A DNA stretch of 64,000 bases, from contig CAVVOG010000003.1 of NCBI GenBank assembly GCA_963749895.1, forward strand, positions 987,151-1,051,150. Direction: 5' to 3'. Of this stretch, positions 56,035 through 64,000 are shown one piece after another. Within the stretch, counting starts at the first letter, position 1; each line of letters begins with the position of its first letter. This DNA is from an uncultured Actinomycetes bacterium. GTDB lineage: Bacteria; Actinomycetota; UBA4738; HRBIN12. The translations under genes were made by a program, and so were the position numbers. The notes under the pieces are model-generated. The model did no database searches and was not told the origin of the DNA. It was given only the letters and a program-made list of their open reading frames with translations.

Positions 56035-56048
56035 TATCAGATCTGATA
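56035..56048. promoter_or_regulatory. Perfect AT-rich 14-bp palindrome TATCAGATCTGATA, 11 nt upstream of the AbiEii-like gene start; candidate operator
   Basis: Exact inverted repeat in a genome that is otherwise about 70% GC. Its position immediately 5' of the two-gene module is typical of autoregulated toxin-antitoxin operators. Confidence 0.5.
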
Positions 56049-56116
56049 TGACTCGTGCAAGCACCGGGATCAGAGCGCGTCCGAAGCAGGGGTTCGCGTC
56101 AGGTCGTGTCGTTGAG

Positions 56117-57076
56117 CTACGGCGCAGGGCACCCCGGGCCGTGCTCGAACCTCGCGGAGTTCGAGGCCACCCGGCACGCGCTCGCGTCGACGGCCTGGAA
56201 CGCCTTCGCGGGGACGGACTTCAGCTCGTCGAGGAGATCGTTCGTCCAGCGCGGGTCTCGCGTGCCCTGGAAGTACCAGTCGCTCCCGTTGTCGCCGACG
56301 ATCAGGCCGTGGGTCTGCATCGCGCGCAGGATCGTGCGGGCGTCGGGGCTGAACCCGGCCAACGAGAACCCGGCCTTGAGGCGGAACCTCGCGCCCATCG
56401 GGGGGCACTTCCGGCCGCCGGTGGCGGCGTGGTGACGCGCCGGCCACAGGTACCTCGCGGATGTGCACGAGGCGGTGACGCGGATCGCGTGGTCGATCTC
56501 GTCGCCGGCGACCTCGTCGTAGCGCAGGAGCCCGGCGAACACCGGGAGCCCCGCGGCGTCGGCGCTCGTCCAGCCGGCGGGACGGAGGCGGTTCGCACCC
56601 GGGCCTTCGAGGGGGAAGACGGCGCCGCTGCCGGCGGTCGGGTCGCCGTCGTTCCAGCGGGCGGCGAACAGCTCGTAGAGCGTGCAGTCGCTGCGGTCGA
56701 TCATCAGCGCGTGGCGATCGGAGCCACCCTCGATCGGGGTGGCGGCGCCGAACGGGTAGGGGCCGGGGTCGCTCTCATCGTCGTAGGTGAACCGGATCGC
56801 CACGTCCGGGTGGCCGGCATCGACGACATCGAAGGGCATCCCGTACGAGGGCGGGCCGAAGTCGGGGTGGAGCAGCGTCCCGCGCGCGTGCATCGAGCGC
56901 TTCCAGACGTCGCTGCGGGGGTGGACGGGCAGGTTCGACACGTCGAGGTGCCAGACGTTCGACGCGGGGAAGACCCGGCACTCGGTGCCGGGGATCTGGT
57001 GGGCCGCTGCGGGCGTCAGCCCTGCGGCGGCAAGCGCAACGATCGCGACGACGAGGGAGTACCTGGAACGACGCAC
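56117..57076 (-). CDS. Secreted hypothetical protein (signal peptide, 319 aa)
   Basis: GTG start followed by a signal peptide (RRSRYSLVVAIVALAAAGLTPAAAHQ). No family recognized. Confidence 0.6.
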   Translation of the reverse strand: MRRSRYSLVVAIVALAAAGLTPAAAHQIPGTECRVFPASNVWHLDVSNLPVHPRSDVWKRSMHARGTLLHPDFGPPSYGMPFDVVDAGHPDVAIRFTYDDESDPGPYPFGAATPIEGGSDRHALMIDRSDCTLYELFAARWNDGDPTAGSGAVFPLEGPGANRLRPAGWTSADAAGLPVFAGLLRYDEVAGDEIDHAIRVTASCTSARYLWPARHHAATGGRKCPPMGARFRLKAGFSLAGFSPDARTILRAMQTHGLIVGDNGSDWYFQGTRDPRWTNDLLDELKSVPAKAFQAVDASACRVASNSARFEHGPGCPAP

Positions 57077-57119
57077 CTGTTCGTCATCGGCATCCGGGGC
57101 CGCTACGGTTGACCCTCAC

Positions 57120-58292
57120 ATGGCCCATCGAGGCGCGACCCGCGGGATCATCGAGGCGACCCCGACCGCCCTGTTGGTGGCCCTGATCGCGGTCCGCGTC
57201 CTGGTCGTCGGCGTGGTGATCGCCGACGCGGGCCGTCACGGCGTCGACGATCCGGTCGTGCTGCGGGCCAACGCGGTCGCGTCGTCGCCTGCCTCGCCGT
57301 GGAAGGGGTTCCCGGTCGCCTCGATGCCGGTCGAGACCGCGCTGATGCATGTGGTCGGGGGCGACTCCCCGACCTCGACCGCGGTCCGCATGGCGCTCCT
57401 CGCGTTCGTCGCGGACCTCGCCGTGTTCGTCGGGGTCGGGTTCGCGTGGGGGCGCCGGGCCGCCTGCACGTACCTGCTGCTGGCGCTGCCGCTGCTGCCG
57501 ATGCTCTACCGGCGGTTCGACCTGGTCTCGGTGGCGCTCGCGACGTGGGGGGCGGCGTTGCTCACCCGTCGCGGCGACGACGAGGTCGGGAGCCCCGGGA
57601 TCGCGTTGGGGCTCGCGATCTGGACGAAGCTCTGGCCGATCGTGCTGCTGCCGGTGCTGTTCCTGCGGCGGGCGCAGCGGTCGCTGCTCGCGACGGGGGG
57701 GCTCGTGCTCCTGGGTGGCGTCGCCTGGTTCTTCGTCGGGGGCAAGAAGGCGCCGTTCCAGGTACTGACGCTCCGAGACGCGGTCGGCTGGTCGGTCGAG
57801 GGCACGGTCGGGAGCACGCTCAGAGCGTTCGGGCTGGCCGGGCCGTGGAACACGGATGGGAACACGGTCCGCTTCGGGACGGTGCCGGGGCTCGCGGAGC
57901 CACTGCTCTTGCTTGCGCTGCTCGCGCTGCTCGGGCTCGTGTGGTGGGGAGCGTCGAGGGAACCGCGGCGCGATCCGTTCGGGGCGACCTCGCTCGCGGC
58001 GATCGCCGCGCTGCTCGTGTGCGCGCCGCTCGTGGCCGCGCAGTACGTGGCCTGGCTCGTGCCTTGGACGGCCGTGGCGTTCGAGGCGGACGAGCCCGAG
58101 CGGGAGGTCGCGGTCGCCTCGACCGTCGCGATCGTCCTGACCGGGTTGACGCAGCTGGTCACGGTCGGCGAGGGGTGGGTCGACGCGTGGCTCCTGTTCG
58201 CCCGGAACCTGGCGCTGGTCACGGTGGTCGGGCTGTGGATCGTGCCGGCGCTGCTGCCGAGCCGCACGACCGACGCCGCGCACGCGGCCTGA
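57120..58292 (+). CDS. Polytopic membrane protein, GT-C-type glycosyltransferase-like (DUF2029/GT87-like)
   Basis: About 10 TM helices, with loop Arg/Asp residues typical of GT-C mannosyl/arabinosyl transferases. I placed the start at ATG 57120. Upstream track codons are artifact. Confidence 0.65.
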   Translation: MAHRGATRGIIEATPTALLVALIAVRVLVVGVVIADAGRHGVDDPVVLRANAVASSPASPWKGFPVASMPVETALMHVVGGDSPTSTAVRMALLAFVADLAVFVGVGFAWGRRAACTYLLLALPLLPMLYRRFDLVSVALATWGAALLTRRGDDEVGSPGIALGLAIWTKLWPIVLLPVLFLRRAQRSLLATGGLVLLGGVAWFFVGGKKAPFQVLTLRDAVGWSVEGTVGSTLRAFGLAGPWNTDGNTVRFGTVPGLAEPLLLLALLALLGLVWWGASREPRRDPFGATSLAAIAALLVCAPLVAAQYVAWLVPWTAVAFEADEPEREVAVASTVAIVLTGLTQLVTVGEGWVDAWLLFARNLALVTVVGLWIVPALLPSRTTDAAHAA

Positions 58293-58297
58293 GCCGG

Positions 58298-59422
58298 TCA
58301 GTCCTCGACGCCGGAGGCGACCTTCTCCTCGGCGATCCGGCGGGCCTCCTCGATCAGGCGCTCGACGAACTTCCCCTCGGGGATCTTGTCGATCACCTCG
58401 CCCTTGACGACGAGGAAGCCCTGGCCCTTGCCGGCGGCGATCCCGATGTCGGCCTCGCGGGCCTCACCGGGGCCGTTCACGACGCAGCCCATCACGGCGA
58501 CGCGGATCGGCGCCTGGAGCTTCTCGCGCTCGAGCGCCTCGTTGACCTCGCGGGTCAGGCCGATCACGTCGACCTCGGCGCGCCCGCACGACGGGCACGC
58601 GACCAGATCGAGGCCGCGCTTGCGGAGGCCCAATGACTGCAGGATCCACGTGCCGACCTTGACCTCCTCGACGGGATCGTCGGTGAGCGAGACGCGGATC
58701 GTGTCCCCGATCCCCTCGGCGAGCAGCGCCCCGATCCCGACGGCGCTCTTCACGCCGCCCATCGGCATCGGGCCGGCCTCGGTGACTCCGAGGTGCAGCG
58801 GGTAGTCGCACTTCTCGGCGAGCTGCCGATACGACTCGATCATCACCGACGGGCTCGAGTGCTTCACGCTGATCTTGATGTCGGTGAAGTCCTCGTCCTC
58901 GAGGATGCGCGCCTCGTTCAGCGCGGACTCGACGAGCGCCTCGGGGGTCGGGTTCCCGTACTTCTCCAGCAGGTCCTTCTCGAGCGAGCCTGCGTTCACC
59001 CCGATCCGGATCGGGACGCCGCGGGCCTTCGCCTCGCGCGCGATCAGCCGGACCTTGTCCTGGTACTTGATGTTGCCGGGGTTGATCCGAAGGCCCTGGA
59101 TCCCCGCCTCGAGCGCGGCCATCGCGTACTTCCACTGGAAGTGGATGTCGGCCACGACCGGCACGGTCGACTTCGCGGCGATCGCGACGAGCGCCTCAGC
59201 GTCCTCCCAGTGCGGGACCGCGACGCGGACGATGTCGACGCCGGCGGCCACGAGCGACGCGATCTGCTGCAGCGTCGCGTTGATGTCGGCCGTCTTCGTC
59301 GTCGTCATCGACTGGATGCTGATCGGCGCGTCACCGCCGACCGGCACGCGGCCGACGTGCAGCTGACGGGTCTGGCGGCGATCGGGGCTCACGGGAACCA
59401 GTCTCCCAGGGCGCTCAGCCAC
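58298..59422 (-). CDS. ispG: 4-hydroxy-3-methylbut-2-en-1-yl diphosphate synthase (flavodoxin)
   Basis: GcpE TIM-barrel and 4Fe-4S domain (CPSCGR...GCVVNGPGE). Confidence 0.95.
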   Translation of the reverse strand: MAERPGRLVPVSPDRRQTRQLHVGRVPVGGDAPISIQSMTTTKTADINATLQQIASLVAAGVDIVRVAVPHWEDAEALVAIAAKSTVPVVADIHFQWKYAMAALEAGIQGLRINPGNIKYQDKVRLIAREAKARGVPIRIGVNAGSLEKDLLEKYGNPTPEALVESALNEARILEDEDFTDIKISVKHSSPSVMIESYRQLAEKCDYPLHLGVTEAGPMPMGGVKSAVGIGALLAEGIGDTIRVSLTDDPVEEVKVGTWILQSLGLRKRGLDLVACPSCGRAEVDVIGLTREVNEALEREKLQAPIRVAVMGCVVNGPGEAREADIGIAAGKGQGFLVVKGEVIDKIPEGKFVERLIEEARRIAEEKVASGVED

Positions 59423-59864
59423 CGAAGACGTGGAACGTGATCGTGCGTGGCTTCGGCTCGTCCATCTCGAACAGGATCAGCCGCTGCCACGTGCCGAATC
59501 CCGGCTCCCCCGCGACGACCGGGATCGCGTGCGAGGTAGCCGACAGCAGCATCGCCTTCACGTGGGCGTGGCCGTTGGCACGTTCGTCCTCGTGCATGTT
59601 CTGGGTGCGGATCTCGAAGTCGTCGTGCTGGTAGTAGGTGCCGTCGTGCGGCACCAGGTCGGTGAGGTGCCGGCGGAAGTCGGCCAGCGCCCCGTCCTCC
59701 CACTCGTTGATCAGCAGCGCGCAGGTGGTGTGCCCGCAGAACGCGATCGCGGCGCCCTCGGTGACGCCGGCATCCTTCACCGCGCGCCGGAGGTCATCGG
59801 TGAGATCGAGGTACGCGTACCGGGCGCCGACCTCGACGGTCACGGTCGTGGTGGCGGAGTTCAC
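59415..59864 (-). CDS. YjbQ/UPF0047 family protein
   Basis: 149 aa with the conserved [28 protein letters not shown] block. Confidence 0.85.
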   Translation of the reverse strand: MNSATTTVTVEVGARYAYLDLTDDLRRAVKDAGVTEGAAIAFCGHTTCALLINEWEDGALADFRRHLTDLVPHDGTYYQHDDFEIRTQNMHEDERANGHAHVKAMLLSATSHAIPVVAGEPGFGTWQRLILFEMDEPKPRTITFHVFGG

Positions 59865-61276
59865 GTGGGCTGTCCTCCCTGTCGGGCCGGTCCCTCGGAC
59901 CGGTCGGCCGGATCGTCCTTCGAGCGGTCGCGGGCGACCGCGGGCAGATCGAACGTGAACACGCTGCCGTGTCCGACCTGGCTCTCGGCCCGGATGTGAC
60001 CCCCATGGGCCTCGACGATCGAGCGGGCGATCGCGAGTCCGATCCCCGTCCCGCCGTCCTCGCGGCTCCGGGCAGTGTCGACACGATAGAAACGTTCGAA
60101 CAGCCGGGGGAGAGCCTCTTCAGGGATCCCCGTCCCCGTGTCGGCGACAGCTATCTCGACGTGGCCGTTCACGCGATGCGCGGCGATCGTCACCTCGCCA
60201 CCGGGCGGCGTGAATCGCACGGCGTTGTCGACCAGGTTGAACAGCACCTGGTGCACCCGGGCGGCGTCGGCCTCGAGGGCCGGCAGGTCGGCGTCGATCG
60301 TCCGTTCGATCGTCACGTCGGCCGCCGGACGGGCGACCTCGATCTCGGAGACGACCTGGGACACGAGGGGCTCGACCGGGACCTCCTCGCGGTGGAGGGG
60401 AACCTCGCCAGATTCGAGCTTCGACAGGTCCAGGAGCTGTTCGACGAGACGCCCCAGGCGCTCGGTCTGGCCGAGCATCACCTGGAGCGTCTGCGGGTCG
60501 GGTTCCTCGACGCCGTCGAGGAGGTTCTCGAGGTGCGCCCGGATCGCGGTGATCGGCGTCTTCAACTCGTGGGAGACGTTCGCCACCAGATCGCGCCGGC
60601 TCTGTTCCAGGTTCTCCAGCTCGGCACTCATCCGGTTGAAGGCGGTCGCGAGCTGTCCGACCTCGTCGCGACTCCGGGAGCGCACTCGGACCGAGTAGTC
60701 ACCGACCTCCATCCGCCTCGCGGCCGAGGCCATCTCGCGGAGCGGCTGGGTCATCCCGCGGGCCAGCCACCTGGCCATCAGCAGCGCGATCCCGGACGCG
60801 AGCGCGCCCGCCACCAGGAACTGCCACCAGAACGACCCCAGGAACGCGAAGGTCGCCCCCGCCCGAGCGAGGAACCCCGTGTCGGGGATCGACCGGATCG
60901 CGTACACCATCTCGACGACCGACCCCCCGCGCGCCAGGGGAACCGCGGCGAAGTCGACCGTGGCGGTCTTCCCCACGTAGACGCCGCCATCGGGGAAGGC
61001 CGGCAGACCCTCCGGTGGCGGGGACCCCTCGAGGAGCACACCCTCGGTCGTCATGTGGACGATCGTGATGTGGCGGGGAAGAACCTCGAGCTTGCCGGCG
61101 GCCTCCACGCGTGCCACCCGGAGCAGTTGGAGCCGCTGCGTGTCGCGGTCGTTGTTGCGGAACGCGTAGCCGAGGATCAGGAACAACAGCACCACCGTGA
61201 CGCCGACGGCGATCACGATGACCGATCCGAGCTTCCCTCGGATCGTCGGCAGCTTCTCGAGCGGCCGCATCGCCAT
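59861..61276 (-). CDS. Two-component sensor histidine kinase (TM, HAMP, HisKA, HATPase)
   Basis: TM helices, a HAMP domain, an H-box (SHELKTP) and N/G1/G2 boxes. The start is at Met1 (61276) or Met3 (61270). Confidence 0.9.
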   Translation of the reverse strand: MAMRPLEKLPTIRGKLGSVIVIAVGVTVVLLFLILGYAFRNNDRDTQRLQLLRVARVEAAGKLEVLPRHITIVHMTTEGVLLEGSPPPEGLPAFPDGGVYVGKTATVDFAAVPLARGGSVVEMVYAIRSIPDTGFLARAGATFAFLGSFWWQFLVAGALASGIALLMARWLARGMTQPLREMASAARRMEVGDYSVRVRSRSRDEVGQLATAFNRMSAELENLEQSRRDLVANVSHELKTPITAIRAHLENLLDGVEEPDPQTLQVMLGQTERLGRLVEQLLDLSKLESGEVPLHREEVPVEPLVSQVVSEIEVARPAADVTIERTIDADLPALEADAARVHQVLFNLVDNAVRFTPPGGEVTIAAHRVNGHVEIAVADTGTGIPEEALPRLFERFYRVDTARSREDGGTGIGLAIARSIVEAHGGHIRAESQVGHGSVFTFDLPAVARDRSKDDPADRSEGPARQGGQPT

Positions 61277-61279
61277 GGA

Positions 61280-61978
61280 CTACTCCTTGAAGGCGTAGCC
61301 CACGCCGTGGACCGTGCGGATGAACCGCGGGTCGTTCCCGTCCTCGCCGAGCTTGCGGCGGATCCGCGCGACGTGCGAGTCGACGACCCGACCGCCCGCG
61401 TAGTCCCGGTAGCCCCACACACGGTCCATAAGCTGGTCGCGCGCCATCACGACCCCCGGCTCGCGGGCGAGCGCGTAGAGGATCTCGAACTCGAGCGGCG
61501 TCAGCGCGACCTCCTCGCCGTCCACCGAGACCCTCCGTCGCTGCGGGTCGATCTCGAGCCCGTGCCGCTGGATCGGCACGTCCTGTTCCTGACCTCGCAT
61601 GCGCTCGATCCGCCGCAGGATCGCGGAGACGCGCGCCGCCAGTTCGCGGAGGCTGAAAGGCTTGGTCAGGTAGTCGTCGGCGCCGACCGCGAACCCGGCG
61701 ACCTTGTCGGCCTCCTCGGTCCGCGCGGTCAGCATCAGGACCGGCGTCCAGCGATCCTTCTGGATCCGCGTGCAGACCTCGAGTCCGTCCATCCCGGGGA
61801 GCATCAGGTCGAGCACGACCAGGTCCGGACGCTGTTCCGCGTGGATCCGGATCGCCTCAGGGCCGTCGCCCGCGACGAGGACGCGGTACCCCTCGCTCTC
61901 GAGCCTCGCACGGACCGCCTCGGCGATCGCCTCTTCGTCGTCGACCACCAGGATCGTCTCGTCGCTCACGGGGCACAT
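61280..61978 (-). CDS. OmpR-family response regulator
   Basis: Receiver domain (LVVDDEEAIAE...DLVVLDLMLPGMDG) followed by a winged-helix OmpR C-terminal domain. Start is ATG 61978. Upstream track codons are artifact. Confidence 0.9.
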   Translation of the reverse strand: MCPVSDETILVVDDEEAIAEAVRARLESEGYRVLVAGDGPEAIRIHAEQRPDLVVLDLMLPGMDGLEVCTRIQKDRWTPVLMLTARTEEADKVAGFAVGADDYLTKPFSLRELAARVSAILRRIERMRGQEQDVPIQRHGLEIDPQRRRVSVDGEEVALTPLEFEILYALAREPGVVMARDQLMDRVWGYRDYAGGRVVDSHVARIRRKLGEDGNDPRFIRTVHGVGYAFKE

Positions 61979-62055
61979 CGTAGCCCGCCGGGTCCGCCGG
62001 ACCACCCTCGCGAGGGATGGAGAAATCGTGACGCAGGCCGACGTGTTCGTGCTGG

Positions 62056-63450
62056 TCAGGGGGTCGGCAGCGGCTTCGTGATGTCGACGACCACGGTCGC
62101 CATCACGAACGTGACGAGGAACGCCATCACCGCGACCGACACGGGGATCACCCTTCGCATGTCCACCGCTCGTCCGCGGATCTTCTCGATCGCCAGCATC
62201 AAGAGGTGGCCGCCGTCGAACGGGGGCAGCGGGATCAGGTTCACCAGACCGATGAAGACGGTGACGTAGGCGAGGAACGCGACGACGATCGCCCACTGCC
62301 CCCGGTCGCCGACGGCGCCGACCTGCTGACCGATCCCGACCACCGACGCCGGGTCCGTGACCTCGCGCTCGGCGTCGGTGAACAGCAGCGACGCGACCCG
62401 CCCGACGCCCTCGGGACCGAAGACCCTCCCGATCGACTTCACGGAGTCGACGGCAGAGATCCATACCATGCGCCCGCCCTCGAGGAACGCCTGCGGCAGC
62501 GGCAGCGGGTCGGGCGCCAACATGATGCCCAGCCTCGCCATCTCGATGCCCCCGAGGCACCCACGAACGGGCGTCAGGGCCGTCTCGACGCGCTCGCCGC
62601 TGCGCTCGAGCACGAGCGGAAGCTCCTGGTCGGCCGCGTCGCCGACCGTGGAGCGGACGTCGGCCGCCGTCGGTCCGGCGACGTCGCCGATCGAGGTGAT
62701 CACGTCGCCCTCGCGCAGTCCGGCCGCGGCCGCGGGGCTCACCGAGCCGTCCGGGAGTTCGTCGCGGACCGACGCCACCTCGGCCGGTCCATCCCCCGGT
62801 ACCAGGACGATCCCTGCGATCCCGGCCCACTCCCCGTCGACGCAGTCCGTCACCGGGACGATCGTCAGGTCGAGCTCCTCGTCGCCCCGCCGCACCGTCA
62901 CCGGCATCGGTTCGCCGACGGACGCGTCGATCTCGTCGCTGAGCTCGGCTCCCGACGGGTCCGTGACGTCGCCCGCACGGACGATCTCGTCACCGGCCTC
63001 GATGCCCGCCGCGAACGCAGGCGACGTCGAGCCGTCGGCGAGCGTCTCATCGACCGAGCCCACCTGGTAGGCGATCGTGTTGTCACCCACGAAGAACAGG
63101 ATCGAGGCGAACAGGACGGCGGCCACGAAGAAATGCGAGAACGGGCCCGCCGCGATCACGACGGCGCGCTGCCAGATCGGCTTCGAGTAGTAGGCGCTCG
63201 GCACGTCCTCGGGCGCCACCTCCTCGTAGGGGTTCATCCCGGCGATCTTCACGTAACCGCCCAGCGGCAATGCCTTGACCCCGTACTCGATCCGGTTGCG
63301 CACGGTCGACCAGACCCGAGGGCCGAACCCGACGAAGTACTCGAGCACCCGGAAGCGATAGAGACGGGCGAAGGCGTAGTGACCCAGTTCGTGGATCAAG
63401 ATCACGAACAGCAGCCCGACGAAGAAGGCGACGATCGCGAGCCCACCCAC
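62056..63450 (-). CDS. rseP: Site-2 protease RseP/Rip1 (M50 zinc metalloprotease with PDZ domains)
   Basis: HELGH zinc motif in the first TM region, PDZ domains, and a C-terminal LDG motif region. Confidence 0.9.
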   Translation of the reverse strand: MGGLAIVAFFVGLLFVILIHELGHYAFARLYRFRVLEYFVGFGPRVWSTVRNRIEYGVKALPLGGYVKIAGMNPYEEVAPEDVPSAYYSKPIWQRAVVIAAGPFSHFFVAAVLFASILFFVGDNTIAYQVGSVDETLADGSTSPAFAAGIEAGDEIVRAGDVTDPSGAELSDEIDASVGEPMPVTVRRGDEELDLTIVPVTDCVDGEWAGIAGIVLVPGDGPAEVASVRDELPDGSVSPAAAAGLREGDVITSIGDVAGPTAADVRSTVGDAADQELPLVLERSGERVETALTPVRGCLGGIEMARLGIMLAPDPLPLPQAFLEGGRMVWISAVDSVKSIGRVFGPEGVGRVASLLFTDAEREVTDPASVVGIGQQVGAVGDRGQWAIVVAFLAYVTVFIGLVNLIPLPPFDGGHLLMLAIEKIRGRAVDMRRVIPVSVAVMAFLVTFVMATVVVDITKPLPTP

Positions 63451-63460
63451 CGGTGCTCCC

Positions 63461-64000
63461 TCAGCGTTCCTCGACGATCGCGGCCGCTCGCTGGCGGGCC
63501 CAGGTGTCGGCCCGCTCGATCCCCACGATCGAGACGACCGACGGTGGCTCGTGCTCGTCGACGACCGTCTGCACGATCTCGACGATCCGGGTGAGCCCGA
63601 TCTTCCCCTCGAGGAAGGCCATCACGGCGACCTCGTTCGCGGCGTTCATCACCGCGGGGAACGTCAGGCCGAGCCCACCGACCCGGTAGGCGAGGTCGAC
63701 CGCCGGGAACGCCTCGCGGTCCACCGGCTCGAACGTCAGCGGGCGATCCGTGAGCGGCACGGGCTCGACCCCGTTCGGTAGGCGCTCGGGCCACCCGAGG
63801 GCCAGCTGGATCGGAAGGCGCATGTCGGCCTTGGCCATCTCGGCGCGCAGGCTGCCGTCGCGGAACTCGGCCATCGCGTGGACGAGCCCCTCCGGATGGA
63901 TCAGCACGTGGATCTGCGAGTAGTCCAGGTCGAACAGATGGTGGGCCTCGATCACCTCGAGCCCCTTGTTCATCAGCGTCGCCGAGTCGATCGTGATCTT
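63461..64000 (-). CDS. dxr: 1-deoxy-D-xylulose 5-phosphate reductoisomerase, C-terminal part (gene continues beyond the window end)
   Basis: The Dxr C-terminal catalytic/dimerization region (MNKGLEVIEAHHLF...NAANEVAV) is in frame to the window edge without a start codon. Confidence 0.9.
   Translation of the reverse strand, partial: KITIDSATLMNKGLEVIEAHHLFDLDYSQIHVLIHPEGLVHAMAEFRDGSLRAEMAKADMRLPIQLALGWPERLPNGVEPVPLTDRPLTFEPVDREAFPAVDLAYRVGGLGLTFPAVMNAANEVAVMAFLEGKIGLTRIVEIVQTVVDEHEPPSVVSIVGIERADTWARQRAAAIVEER

Overview
This 64 kb window is high-GC (about 70%+) and gene-dense, and reads as a chromosomal core region of an Actinobacteria-type genome rather than an accessory island. Gene order follows the mycobacterial backbone (nrdJ-nrdR-LysM/lexA-hflX-dapF-miaA-miaB, recA-recX, ftsK-rnj-dapA, dapB-pepR-pnp-rpsO-ribF-truB-nrnA-rbfA-infB-nusA-rimP-proS, ispG-rseP-dxr), but the presence of RNase Y (rny) next to recA/recX points to a deep-branching lineage such as Thermoleophilia or Rubrobacteria. 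Nearly all coding is on the minus strand in long, tightly coupled gene chains; many junctions are 4-nt ATGA/GTGA start/stop overlaps.

The ORF track also lists many long Arg/Pro/Gly-rich ORFs antisense to, or frame-shifted from, real genes. I treat these as GC artifacts (see noticed_but_rejected). I found no rRNA, tRNA, CRISPR array, transposase or integrase.

Regulatory signals visible in the sequence: two Cheo-type SOS boxes in the LysM/lexA divergent promoter and one upstream of recA; a GC-hairpin plus T-tract terminator/attenuator immediately 5' of rimP-nusA-infB; a hairpin after rpsO (the pnp leader); and a perfect AT-rich 14-bp palindrome in front of a two-gene toxin-antitoxin-like module.

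The observations I rank highest:
- An in-frame, internally deleted ProRS homolog at the canonical proS position. It keeps the N-terminal, INS editing and anticodon-binding regions but lacks class II motifs 2 and 3. It is a candidate stand-alone trans-editing or tRNA-binding factor.
- A non-canonical AbiEii-like nucleotidyltransferase plus C-terminal-HTH protein pair with its own palindromic operator.
- A contiguous, translationally coupled dapF-dapE-dapC-dapD block inserted into the conserved miaA-dapF-hflX synteny.
- A three-gene molybdenum hydroxylase (XDH/CoxLMS-type) operon inserted between cinA-thpR and the SOS-boxed recA.
- Insertions of a two-component system plus yjbQ into the dxr-rseP-ispG block, and of a PlsC-like acyltransferase into the ribF-rpsO junction.
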